64,000 bases of DNA, taken from assembly GCA_016196125.1 (NCBI GenBank), contig JACPYG010000004.1, forward strand, positions 138 through 64,137, read 5' to 3'. Of the stretch, positions 36,727 to 44,974 are shown piece by piece (the stretch's first letter is position 1; every line of letters starts with the position of its first letter). The notes below the pieces were generated by a model, which did not search any database, had not been told where the DNA came from, and was given only the letters and a program-made list of their open reading frames with translations. This DNA comes from Candidatus Staskawiczbacteria bacterium. Its GTDB lineage: Bacteria > Patescibacteriota > Minisyncoccia > Minisyncoccales > Staskawiczbacteraceae. The position numbers were made by a program, and so were the translations under genes.

Positions 36727-37932
36727 TTATTGAATTGAATTCAATGAAGAATATATTGGCACAATTACCGAAAAAGCAAAAAAACCAACCGCAAGACCCA
36801 GTAAAATTATCAAAGCCGGTTCTATTACAATAGATACTTTTTCAACGGCATCAATAGCCTCTTTCTCGTAAAAATCCGCTAATTTCTTCAAAATATCAGA
36901 TGTCTTTCCTGTTTCTTCGCCAACTTCAATCATTTCCATTACGCCAATAGGAAAAATATCCTGATGATATCTGAGTGAATTAGACAATTTTTCCCCTTTG
37001 GTAACTTTTTTTGAGGCCTCAATTACAGCTTTTCTAAAATAATAATTACCGACAGTTTCAGAAGTAATTTCCAGGGACCTTACGATTGAAACTCCAGATA
37101 TAAGAAGCGAACTTAACGAACGAATTAAAAATGCAGCATTATCTTTTTTAATAATCTGGGAAATAAAAGGCATTCTTATCAGAAAAGTATCCAATAACCA
37201 CTTTCCTTTTTTGGTTCTCAATGAAAGCCCTGCGATAATAATTAAAAGTAAAAATATCAAAGCCACTACATACCATTTTGTTGAAATAAAATCCCCGACA
37301 TCAAAGAAAATTTTTGTATATATGGGAATGTCAACATTCAAATCGGTAAAAAATGACTTTAAATCAGGCATAACGAAAACAATGACTATTACGGCAACAA
37401 TCAGCATAGTCGCCAAAACCACAGCCGGATAAATCATTGCATTATTTATTTTAGATTTTAATTCATGCTCTTTGCCAAGCTGTAAAGATAAAATCTGAAA
37501 AACTTCTTCCAAGGTTCCCGATTCTTCTCCGACTTTTACCATATTTTGAAAAAAATTAGAAAAAATATCGCCATGCGCGCTCATGGCAGAAGAAAGGTTT
37601 TCTCCCTTGCTAATTCTTTCTTTTATATCCAGCAGGGCGTTTTTTAACTTTTTATTTTTTGTTTGGGCGGACAAAATGCCAAAACTTTTCACCAAAGGAA
37701 GACCCGTGGAAAACATTACCCCCAAATTTCTTATCATTATTATTTTTTCAGTAAAAGAAACTTTGGAAAAGCTAAATCTGCGTTTAATTTTTTTACTTTC
37801 AGAATCCGTCCTAATCAAAACCATGCCTTGGCTTTTAAGTTTTTGGGCGAGTTGGCTTTCATTTTTTGCCTCCAAACTTCCCCTTTGGGTTTGGCCATCA
37901 AGAGATTTAGCTGTATAAAAATAAACTGGCAT
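36727..37932 (-). CDS. pilC: type IV pilus platform protein PilC (GspF family)
   Basis: Duplicated GspF domains, three TM segments, 401 aa. Confidence 0.9.
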   Translation of the reverse strand: MPVYFYTAKSLDGQTQRGSLEAKNESQLAQKLKSQGMVLIRTDSESKKIKRRFSFSKVSFTEKIIMIRNLGVMFSTGLPLVKSFGILSAQTKNKKLKNALLDIKERISKGENLSSAMSAHGDIFSNFFQNMVKVGEESGTLEEVFQILSLQLGKEHELKSKINNAMIYPAVVLATMLIVAVIVIVFVMPDLKSFFTDLNVDIPIYTKIFFDVGDFISTKWYVVALIFLLLIIIAGLSLRTKKGKWLLDTFLIRMPFISQIIKKDNAAFLIRSLSSLLISGVSIVRSLEITSETVGNYYFRKAVIEASKKVTKGEKLSNSLRYHQDIFPIGVMEMIEVGEETGKTSDILKKLADFYEKEAIDAVEKVSIVIEPALIILLGLAVGFFAFSVIVPIYSSLNSIQ

Positions 37933-37934
37933 AA

Positions 37935-38355
37935 CTTTAGAAAATAGAACTTAGAAAATAGAAAATAGAATATCTATTTAATTAAGAAATTATTAAGGAT
38001 TTTCATTACTTCTAAAATATCATCTTCGATATTTTTAAAATCTATTAAAGGATATAAAATTTTGGCAATCTCTATTTGGCTTTCCAGTTCCGAACCGGAG
38101 CCAAAGGCAATAGCTAAAAATTGTTGTTTTTCCTTATTGTGAAATCTATGATAGCTTTCTGCGATATTAGAAGAAATTGAAATAACTGCGCGTCTCATTT
38201 GGCTCGTTAATCCATATAATTCTGAACGAGGAAAACCGTCAGTTATCTTGTAAATTTTTACCGCTAAATCTCTTGACTTCTGCAGACAATTAAATCTTTA
38301 AATGATTTTGTAGCCATTTTTTAATTCTATTTTCTACTTTCTATTTTCTAGATTC
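37935..38355. mobile_element. inverted-repeat-flanked four-helix-bundle cassette between pilB and pilC
   Basis: Left end tagaaaatagaacttagaaaatagaaaatagaat (37939-37971). Right end attctattttctactttctattttctagattc (38324-38355) is its imperfect reverse complement, with 13 terminal bases perfect. Confidence 0.6.
37974..38317 (-). pseudogene. four-helix-bundle protein (23S rRNA IVS protein / Avd-like family) with a 1-nt frameshift
   Basis: Frame 1 from ATG 38317 reads MATKSFKDLIVCRSQEI-stop. The other frame continues QKSRDLAVKIYKITDGFPRSELYGLTSQMRRAVISISSNIAES. Restoring one G (gtc tgG cag) yields the canonical LIVWQKS. Confidence 0.7.
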
Positions 38356-40151
38356 TACTCTATGATAACCCTTAAAACTTCTTCTATTGAAGTTAATCCT
38401 TTCACGGCTTTAACAAAACCGTCTTCAATCATTGTTCTCATTCCGTCTTTTTTTGCCTGAATTGTAATTTCTCTTGTGGAAGTTTTTTGGACAATTAATT
38501 TTTTTATTTTTTCGTTCACTGTCAGAACCTCAACAATTCCAATTCTGCCTTTATAGCCGTCGGGCGAGTCTTTAGACGGTTTTGGCCTGTAAAGTATGAC
38601 ATCTTCTAATGTATCGCCGTTTTTTACTAATTTTTCTTCTTTTAATATCTGTAAAACTCTGTCTAAATCGCAATATCTTGCCAGATTTTTCAAATGTTCT
38701 GGCTTTAATTTATATTTTTCTTTATCGCCATGGAATTTTCTGACTAATCTTTGGGCTATAATCACATTTAAGGTAGACGAAATTAAAAAAGGTTCGGCTC
38801 CCATGTCAATCAATCTCGGTATCGCTCCTGCCGCCTCTGTGGTGTGGAGAGTTGATAAAACCAAATGCCCGGTTAAGGCGGCATTAATAGCCAATCCTGC
38901 CGTTTCGCTGTCTCTGATTTCTCCAACCATAATAATATTGGGGTCTTGCCTGACTAAAGCCCTTAAACCAGATGCAAAAGTCAGCCCTATTGCAGTATTA
39001 ACTTGAGTTTGATTGATTCTTGGCATCCTATATTCAATAGGGTCTTCTACGGTGGAAATATTAACATCAGGGGTATTAATAATATCCATCATTGCGTAAA
39101 GGGTGGTTGTTTTACCGGAACCAGTGGGTCCTGTAATCAATATCATTCCTGTTGGCCTAATCAGGTTATTGCGTATTTGTTCAAGGGCCGCTCCTGTAAA
39201 ACCTAATTTTTCTAAATTTTGGACTATTGCATTTTCGGCTAACAGCCTCATTACAACTTTTTCACCGTTAAAAACAGGCAGAACAGACACCCTTACGGAA
39301 TATTTATAGTCATCTGTTTCAATTTTAAACCTGCCGTCTTGGGGCAGCCTGTGTTCGTCAAGTTTTAAATTTGAGAGAACTTTAATTCTGGCAACGATTA
39401 TATAAGAGCTTGTTATCGGCAAAGCCATAACTTTACGGAGCATGCCGTCAATCCTAAAACGCACTGAAATTTCTTTTTCCAATGGTTCAATATGAATATC
39501 AGATGCTCCCTGTAAAATTGCATGTTTTAACAAAGCATCAACAATCCTTATAATCGGCAGTTCTTGAGTGGCCTTCATTAAATCCCCACTTTTCCCGACA
39601 TCAATTTTTTCCTGCCTGCCGGCTCCTGCCTGCCGGTAGGCATGGGGCAGGCTCCCTCCAATATAATCAATCAACTTTGGGTCTGCTTCCATAATATCCA
39701 TAAATTCCACATCCAATGGCTTTTGATATTGGTTCAAAACGCTTTTTATTCCTTCCGGAGTGGTAAGCCTCGGCAAAATTTTTAAAAGCGGGTCTGTTTT
39801 TTTAATAAACTCAACAGTTATTAAATCTTCCGGGTCGAGCATGGCAACTTCAAGATTATTGCCCAGTTTTCTGAAAGCAATTATATTATGGACTCTTGCA
39901 ATTTGCTCTGGAATAATATTCAGTATTTCTGGCGGAATGGTTTCTTTTCCCACATCCACAAAAGGAATACCCAAAAGATATGCCTGGAATTTTGTCAGTT
40001 TTTCCTGGCCAATAAGCTTCTCTGAAACCAAAACTTCTCCAATATTTTTATTGAGTTTCTTTGCTTTATCTAACGCTTTGTTAAAATTTTCTTCCGTTAT
40101 CAGCTCCGCATCCAAAAGAAATTTTTTAAGCCGCTGTGGTTCAACATCCAT
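38355..40151 (-). CDS. pilB: type IV pilus assembly ATPase PilB (GspE family)
   Basis: Walker A GPTGSGKTTT, Asp box, VGEIRD, His box, tetracysteine region replaced. 598 aa. Confidence 0.95.
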   Translation of the reverse strand: MDVEPQRLKKFLLDAELITEENFNKALDKAKKLNKNIGEVLVSEKLIGQEKLTKFQAYLLGIPFVDVGKETIPPEILNIIPEQIARVHNIIAFRKLGNNLEVAMLDPEDLITVEFIKKTDPLLKILPRLTTPEGIKSVLNQYQKPLDVEFMDIMEADPKLIDYIGGSLPHAYRQAGAGRQEKIDVGKSGDLMKATQELPIIRIVDALLKHAILQGASDIHIEPLEKEISVRFRIDGMLRKVMALPITSSYIIVARIKVLSNLKLDEHRLPQDGRFKIETDDYKYSVRVSVLPVFNGEKVVMRLLAENAIVQNLEKLGFTGAALEQIRNNLIRPTGMILITGPTGSGKTTTLYAMMDIINTPDVNISTVEDPIEYRMPRINQTQVNTAIGLTFASGLRALVRQDPNIIMVGEIRDSETAGLAINAALTGHLVLSTLHTTEAAGAIPRLIDMGAEPFLISSTLNVIIAQRLVRKFHGDKEKYKLKPEHLKNLARYCDLDRVLQILKEEKLVKNGDTLEDVILYRPKPSKDSPDGYKGRIGIVEVLTVNEKIKKLIVQKTSTREITIQAKKDGMRTMIEDGFVKAVKGLTSIEEVLRVIIE

Positions 40152-40206
40152 AGTAATAATTTAAAATTCAAATTTTAAATTTCAAAATGCAATGTAAAGT
40201 ATAAAA

Positions 40207-40578
40207 TTATTTCTTACCTTTCATTGTTAAAACACCTGCTCCTATAATCCTTGCTATTTCGTCTGCCTCCTTAAGGAGTTTTTCAGAATTATATTTTAAA
40301 TTGGGGCAACTCTCAATAACCAAAACCAACCAATATTTAGTTTCATTAGCGCTTTTAAGAGTAATTTGAAAAAACTTTAAATAATCTAATTTAGAACTCG
40401 AGGCTTTTGCTTCAGTTATGTTTGCTCCTATGGAATTTGCGGAACGAATTAACTGGTCAGCTATAGCCCATAAATTTCTATCTTTTCTAATTTCATTGCA
40501 TAATTTAATTATTTCTAAAGAAAAGTTAATCAATCTTCTATTGAATTCCATTTTGAATTTTGAACTTTCATTTTGCAT
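40207..40578 (-). CDS. four-helix-bundle protein (23S rRNA IVS protein family)
   Basis: LIRSANSIGANITEAKASSSKLDYLKFFQITLKSANETKYWL is characteristic of the family. Flanked by an imperfect ttcaaaat-rich inverted repeat (40161-40200 vs 40568-40605). Confidence 0.8.
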   Translation of the reverse strand: MQNESSKFKMEFNRRLINFSLEIIKLCNEIRKDRNLWAIADQLIRSANSIGANITEAKASSSKLDYLKFFQITLKSANETKYWLVLVIESCPNLKYNSEKLLKEADEIARIIGAGVLTMKGKK

Positions 40579-40754
40579 CTTGAGATTTGGATTTTGAACT
40601 TACGCTATTTATTATACTACATACAAAAAAAATGAGCTGTGTATAACACAGGCTCACATCCCGATAATTCTAATTGACAAAAAGTTTTATTGTATTAATG
40701 TTATAGTAGCTCATTGACTTGTGTAACTAACCCAAACCAAGGAGAAAGTTGGAT

Positions 40755-40931
40755 ATGGCCACCAATCAAGACGTTGTTAAAAGGATTTGCCCTCTTTGCA
40801 AGAAAGAATTACCATTTTTAAAAGAAGATGGTCATCATAATTTTTGTCCTCATAGTTTAGAAGATGGTAAAATAATAGATATTTTCATTACTTGTAAAAT
40901 GATGTCAATCGACGGTAGATGGCAGATTTAG
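40755..40931 (+). CDS. small Cys/His-containing hypothetical protein
   Basis: AAGGAG lies 10 nt upstream of ATG 40755. CPLCKK...CPH suggests a zinc ribbon. Confidence 0.35.
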   Translation: MATNQDVVKRICPLCKKELPFLKEDGHHNFCPHSLEDGKIIDIFITCKMMSIDGRWQI

Positions 40932-40958
40932 TATAAAAAAACAAGTTTCTTTACAAAT

Positions 40959-41031
40959 GCGGACGTAGCTCAATTGGCAGAGCGTTGGTCTCCAAAACCA
41001 ATGGTTGTGGGTTCGAGTCCCTCCGTCCGTG
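40959..41031 (+). tRNA. trnW: tRNA-Trp (anticodon CCA), discriminator G73, CCA not encoded
   Basis: Hand fold: acceptor GCGGACG/CGTCCGT, D arm gctc-aattggca-gagc, anticodon arm ttggt-ctCCAaa-accaa, variable loop tggtt, T arm gtggg-ttcgagt-ccctc (one U-U mismatch). Confidence 0.85.
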
Positions 41032-41052
41032 TTCCGCTGGCTTTTCTGGCAC

Positions 41053-41080
41053 AAAAACTCTTCACGCGAAGAGTTTTTTT
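41053..41080. terminator. bidirectional rho-independent terminator
   Basis: aaaaactcttc-acgc-gaagagttttttt sits between the tRNA (plus strand) and the end of 41079..41831 (minus strand). Confidence 0.75.
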
Positions 41081-41831
41081 ATTTTAAAACTATTTTTTTA
41101 CCTTTAAATCCAAATATATCATTATAGTTTTTTTGGCCAAAAAGAATCGGATAAAAATCTTCATCAGCTATTAATAGGTTTTTTCCTTTTCGTGCATATA
41201 TATAATTTTTTTTAACTAATTTATAATTTTTAATATTATTAATAAGCTTATAGCCTTCTAGTTTAGGAACTACCGAGACAACATTAAAGTAACTTATTGT
41301 CGCATTATTTACAGGAACTATAAAATTAATAATACATAGATACTTTAAAAGCTTCTTAATTCCTAAAACAGTATTTCTTAATGTTGATAAATCTTTATCT
41401 TTTCCGTATTCAAAAGCAATACCAACTTTTGCTTGAGAAATAAGAGCATTATTTTTTGTTGGATTCATAATTAGTACATATTTTGGCTGAATTATTTCTA
41501 CATATTCCCTAGTTTTCTTATTAAGATTGGTAATAATTAAAGTATCTTTTAAGTTGCTGGTAGTTGAATGGATATCTATAACAATATCAGCTGATTTAAT
41601 TATTGGTGAAATTTTATAAGCAATCTTTTCCTCATAATTGCCATGTTTTTTACCTGGAAAAGAACGATTAAGGTCTTGGTCAATATATCTTTTATTTAAA
41701 TCAAAAGCCTTCTTATTAGCTATTTGAACAACGAGAATGTTTTTATTAATATTTAATTTCTCTATTTCTTTGGCAACCTCAAAACCTATTTTTTCATTTC
41801 CATGTGTTGCAATATTCAATATAATTTTCAT
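41079..41831 (-). CDS. succinylglutamate desuccinylase/aspartoacylase (AstE/AspA) family zinc hydrolase
   Basis: ATHGNEKIG, DLNRSFPG...G.YEE, IDIHST motifs. Confidence 0.65.
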   Translation of the reverse strand: MKIILNIATHGNEKIGFEVAKEIEKLNINKNILVVQIANKKAFDLNKRYIDQDLNRSFPGKKHGNYEEKIAYKISPIIKSADIVIDIHSTTSNLKDTLIITNLNKKTREYVEIIQPKYVLIMNPTKNNALISQAKVGIAFEYGKDKDLSTLRNTVLGIKKLLKYLCIINFIVPVNNATISYFNVVSVVPKLEGYKLINNIKNYKLVKKNYIYARKGKNLLIADEDFYPILFGQKNYNDIFGFKGKKIVLK

Positions 41832-41891
41832 TTTTATATTTAACTTTTAATTAGTAAAATAAAAAGGCTTGTTTTTGCAAGCCTCCTTATG

Positions 41892-42638
41892 TTAAGAAAA
41901 TTTCACAATTTCGAGGCAGGCTTTCGCATATTCAATAATTTCTTCAATAGATTCAGTTGTACCAAACATTCTAAATTCAATTGTTCTTGTGCTGGGTTTG
42001 AAACGAACCAAATCCCAAACATTTTTTTCACCACCTTTGACATTAATATATTCTAACACTTCTTTAAAATTAGAAAATAGCGGTGGTACTCCGTCGGTCT
42101 TTGCCATTATGGTATAAGCATTAATCCTTTTACCGTCTGAATGGTCTCCGATCTTTGTTAATTTACCAATAACTTTCCTTCTACAAATATTTAATATTTT
42201 AACAACATGACTCTCAGGTATGGCCAAGTGGACATGTACTGCTGCAACTACGGAAGCAGCCAATCTCCTTTCAGGAGATATAGAATACCAAAGATTTTGG
42301 TGACGCTTGCTAAAAGGATTTACCTCTAAAGATGATATTCGATTTTCTTCTACCAATTCTGAAAAATCGAAACCTAAGCCATGTTTACTTGCTACTTTAC
42401 GCATTATTTGATCATTAGTAATCAGTGCATCTTTTAATGATAATAATGAATTGCAAGGTAATGTTTTATCTTCTATTTGTCCCGCAAAAAGTTCATAAGT
42501 GAATAACTCTTCGGACAAACTTATTCTTTTTGCTTCTTCATGAACTTTAGGAAGTAAGATACCAATAGCAGGAACAATTTTATTACTTATACTATTAATA
42601 ATAAAACGTTCTCTCTCTATACCCAATGTTGTGATCAT
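41892..42638 (-). CDS. short glutamate-cysteine-ligase family 2 (YbdK/GCS2-like) carboxylate-amine ligase
   Basis: LGIERERFII, AAVHVHLAI, VWDLVRFKPSTRTIEFRMFGT follow the GCS2 pattern. Only 248 aa. Confidence 0.5.
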   Translation of the reverse strand: MITTLGIERERFIINSISNKIVPAIGILLPKVHEEAKRISLSEELFTYELFAGQIEDKTLPCNSLLSLKDALITNDQIMRKVASKHGLGFDFSELVEENRISSLEVNPFSKRHQNLWYSISPERRLAASVVAAVHVHLAIPESHVVKILNICRRKVIGKLTKIGDHSDGKRINAYTIMAKTDGVPPLFSNFKEVLEYINVKGGEKNVWDLVRFKPSTRTIEFRMFGTTESIEEIIEYAKACLEIVKFS

Positions 42639-42700
42639 TTTCTTTTCTCCTTAAATTATGAAAGTGCTATTTGAGAAGCTACCCACAGATTTTGTGGAAT

Positions 42701-42990
42701 AAAAAACTTCTCGTCTCTGGGGCATAGCAAAACTATGCAACAGGGACGAGAAGTGTTCTCATGGTGCCACCCTATTTTTCAATTAATAAATTAATTGAAC
42801 TCATCAACTCAACCATTACTGATTTCATTGATTATCCTATGATTACGGAGGAAACCGAACTTCCACTTACGCAGAAGTCATCATGCCCTTCGATAAACTC
42901 GGGGCGAATCGGGCCCAATCTCCTAAGCTTTCGGCCGGAGACCCGACTCATTGATTTTATAATTATCAATATTTCCTACTATATTACTAT
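42701..42990 (-). promoter_or_regulatory. T-box riboswitch leader (transcription-attenuation type), probable Trp specificity
   Basis: AAUAGGGUGGCACCAUGAGAAC with a 7-nt UGGCACC bulge between helices AGGG/CCCU and AUGAGAA/UUCUCGU. Competing terminator ACUUCUCGUC-N29-GACGAGAAGU plus U6. Stem III UUCAAUUAA...UUAAUUGAA lies just upstream, with a CCGUAA F-box-like element. Confidence 0.8.
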
Positions 42991-42996
42991 ATTTTG

Positions 42997-43025
42997 ACTC
43001 TATCAAATTAAAAAATTCTTGTCAA
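42997..43025 (-). promoter_or_regulatory. sigma70-like promoter for the T-box leader
   Basis: TTGACA (43025-43020), 17 nt, TAGAGT (43002-42997). Confidence 0.5.
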
Positions 43026-43034
43026 GTGTTTTAA

Positions 43035-43066
43035 TAAAAAAGGGTAAGAACATAATATTCTAACCC
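43035..43066 (-). terminator. rho-independent terminator after trpS
   Basis: In minus sense GGGUUAGAA-UAUUAUG-UUCUUACCC is followed by U6. Confidence 0.6.
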
Positions 43067-43090
43067 ATTTACCTTTTATAATCTATGCCA

Positions 43091-44074
43091 TTATTTTTTA
43101 AGACCTATCGCACTGCGCATATCTGCAAGGACAGACGAAGCTATTAATCGAACCTTATTGGCACCCTGCGCAAGAATTTCACGAACAGTATTATTGCTCA
43201 GTAATTCGTATCTTTGCTGAATAGGTTTAAGAAGAGTAGTAATATCTTCAGCGAGCCGCTGTTTCATTTCACCAAAAAACTTGCCTTCGCAATTAACGTA
43301 GCGACGCAGATATTCGGTGTGAATATCAGGCGGACTACATAATTCCATAAGAGTATATAGCGCCTTTGTACCTGACTGCATTTCGCCGCCGGGTTCTGAT
43401 TGAGTGGGAATGCCACGAACCTTCTTTATAACAGAAGATATGTCTTCGAGCAAAGCAATAGTATTGCCATCGCTTTTACCCATTTTGTCTGCTCCATCGA
43501 TTCCTGGTACCCGTAAAGGGTTATTAACATTTAATTCTGGAATAATAAAAATATCCTTTTCAAACATGTGATTAAATGCTCTCGCAAAGTCGCGAGTCAT
43601 TTCAACGTGCTGGGTTTGATCCTGACCAACAGGCACTCGTTGTGCACGAACACAGAGAATATCCGAAGCCATCAGAACTGGATAACCTAGTAAGCCGTAG
43701 CTGACTTCGCCCTCTGGGACACCCTTATTATTAACGCGATCCTTGAATGTTGTACAAGTTTGAAGCCGACCAAGTTTAACGACATTGCCCAAAAGAAGAG
43801 CGATTTCACTCACTTCCGGCACATCACTTTGGCAGTATAGCGTTGATCACATAGAATCGATTCCGCAGGCCAAGTAATTCTTGGCCACTTCGACTGACAT
43901 TTCTTCAATATTTGTGGGACCTGTAACTTCGGTCAGAGCATGAATGTCTGCCACGAAGAAAAAGCATTCTTCTCCAGCAGTCTGAAGATCCAAGAACTGC
44001 TTAATAGCGCCAAAATAATTACCAAGGTGCAAATTACCAGTAGGTCTCATACCAGATAAAACTCGACTGCTCAT
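43091..44074 (-). pseudogene. trpS: tryptophanyl-tRNA synthetase interrupted by a single in-frame TGA (43847-43849)
   Basis: N-terminal ORF has the HIGH motif (TGNLHLGNY). C-terminal ORF has KMSKS (KMGKSDGN). Both are in the same frame, and the junction reads ACGIDSM-TGA-STLYCQSDVPEV, matching conserved ACGID...ST.F.QS.VPE. About 43% GC. Confidence 0.75.
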
Positions 44075-44279
44075 GGACTATTTCCTCCGAATTGTAAAAG
44101 GGCTAACCGAAACATATCGGTTTTGTATATGTAAACTACATTATATAAATGAATATGTCAATGATTTGTAAACAGTAACTATATTATAAATTTATCTTCA
44201 AAACTATATGTGTCAAAAATAAAGTGTTCGTTTAATAAATAACTTGTTTGCAATCTAATTTTAGTTTTTATAAAAGTTT

Positions 44280-44900
44280 CTAAAAATAATCAAGAAATCT
44301 TTTTTTAATATCCGATAATCTTTGTTTTTTAAAATTAAATCTAAAACCTGGCCTATTATTTAAATCTTCTAATAATTTACGGAGACCTTTATCATTAAAA
44401 ACATTAAGATTAAGCTCTTTACATATTAACATAATTTTTTTGTCTGCACTTTTGATTGAATCTAAATCAGTAACAATTTCTGCCTCAAAATAATAACCGA
44501 ATTTAGGAACTTCAACCAACACAATCTCAATACCCTTGTATTTATAAAGATATGATTTAGTAACTTGTAATACTCCATAATAAAATCCTAATATAAAAAG
44601 AAATTCTATCATTTCTTCAAATTTTTTTGAATCTATGGGAAATGAAAACTCTTTTCTAGCGTCATTTCCGCTCCATTTACCGTATTTTAAAACCAACTCT
44701 GTTTTTTTATTTGTAATTCTCAGTTTTAAATCTATTTTACTCCTACCTAATTTAAATGTTTCTTTGCCTCTGGATGAATAAATAATAGAAAATCTGTTTT
44801 TTTCTTCAAGGAATTTACCATTTTTATTAAAAAATTTATTCAACGCTATAAATTGTTCTTTAGTTAAAGAACCACGATGCTCAACTTCAATTTTTGCCAT
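44280..44900 (-). CDS. CYTH-domain protein (CyaB/triphosphate tunnel metalloenzyme-like)
   Basis: N-terminus MAKIEVEHRG (ExExK-like) with alternating beta-strand pattern, 206 aa. Confidence 0.45.
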   Translation of the reverse strand: MAKIEVEHRGSLTKEQFIALNKFFNKNGKFLEEKNRFSIIYSSRGKETFKLGRSKIDLKLRITNKKTELVLKYGKWSGNDARKEFSFPIDSKKFEEMIEFLFILGFYYGVLQVTKSYLYKYKGIEIVLVEVPKFGYYFEAEIVTDLDSIKSADKKIMLICKELNLNVFNDKGLRKLLEDLNNRPGFRFNFKKQRLSDIKKRFLDYF

Positions 44901-44937
44901 ATCTTTATTGTATTGATTAAACTTTTAAATTCTGTCC

Positions 44938-44968
44938 AATCGGCAGCTCAATATAAAAGGTAGAACCC
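44938..44968. repeat. 31-bp direct repeat, copy 1 (relic histidine-kinase 3' end, att-like)
   Basis: aatcggcagctcaatataaaaggtagaaccc. The reverse complement encodes GSTFYIELPI. Identical copies lie at 45514 and 47967. Confidence 0.9.
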
Positions 44969-44974
44969 TTGCTT

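Noticed and set aside
40611-40660. Hairpin tgagctgtgtataacacaggctca with an adjacent A/T run as a terminator.
   Set aside because: Its U run is on the minus strand, but no minus-strand gene ends immediately upstream of it. On the plus strand no U run follows it. Its function is unclear, so it is not annotated.
43847-43849. Genome-wide UGA reassignment (code 4 or 25) as the explanation for the in-frame TGA in trpS.
   Set aside because: miaA (11965-11967) and PGI/PMI (29853-29855) terminate at TGA at positions consistent with homolog lengths and with adjacent genes. Long genes such as dnaE, gyrB and pilB contain no internal TGA.
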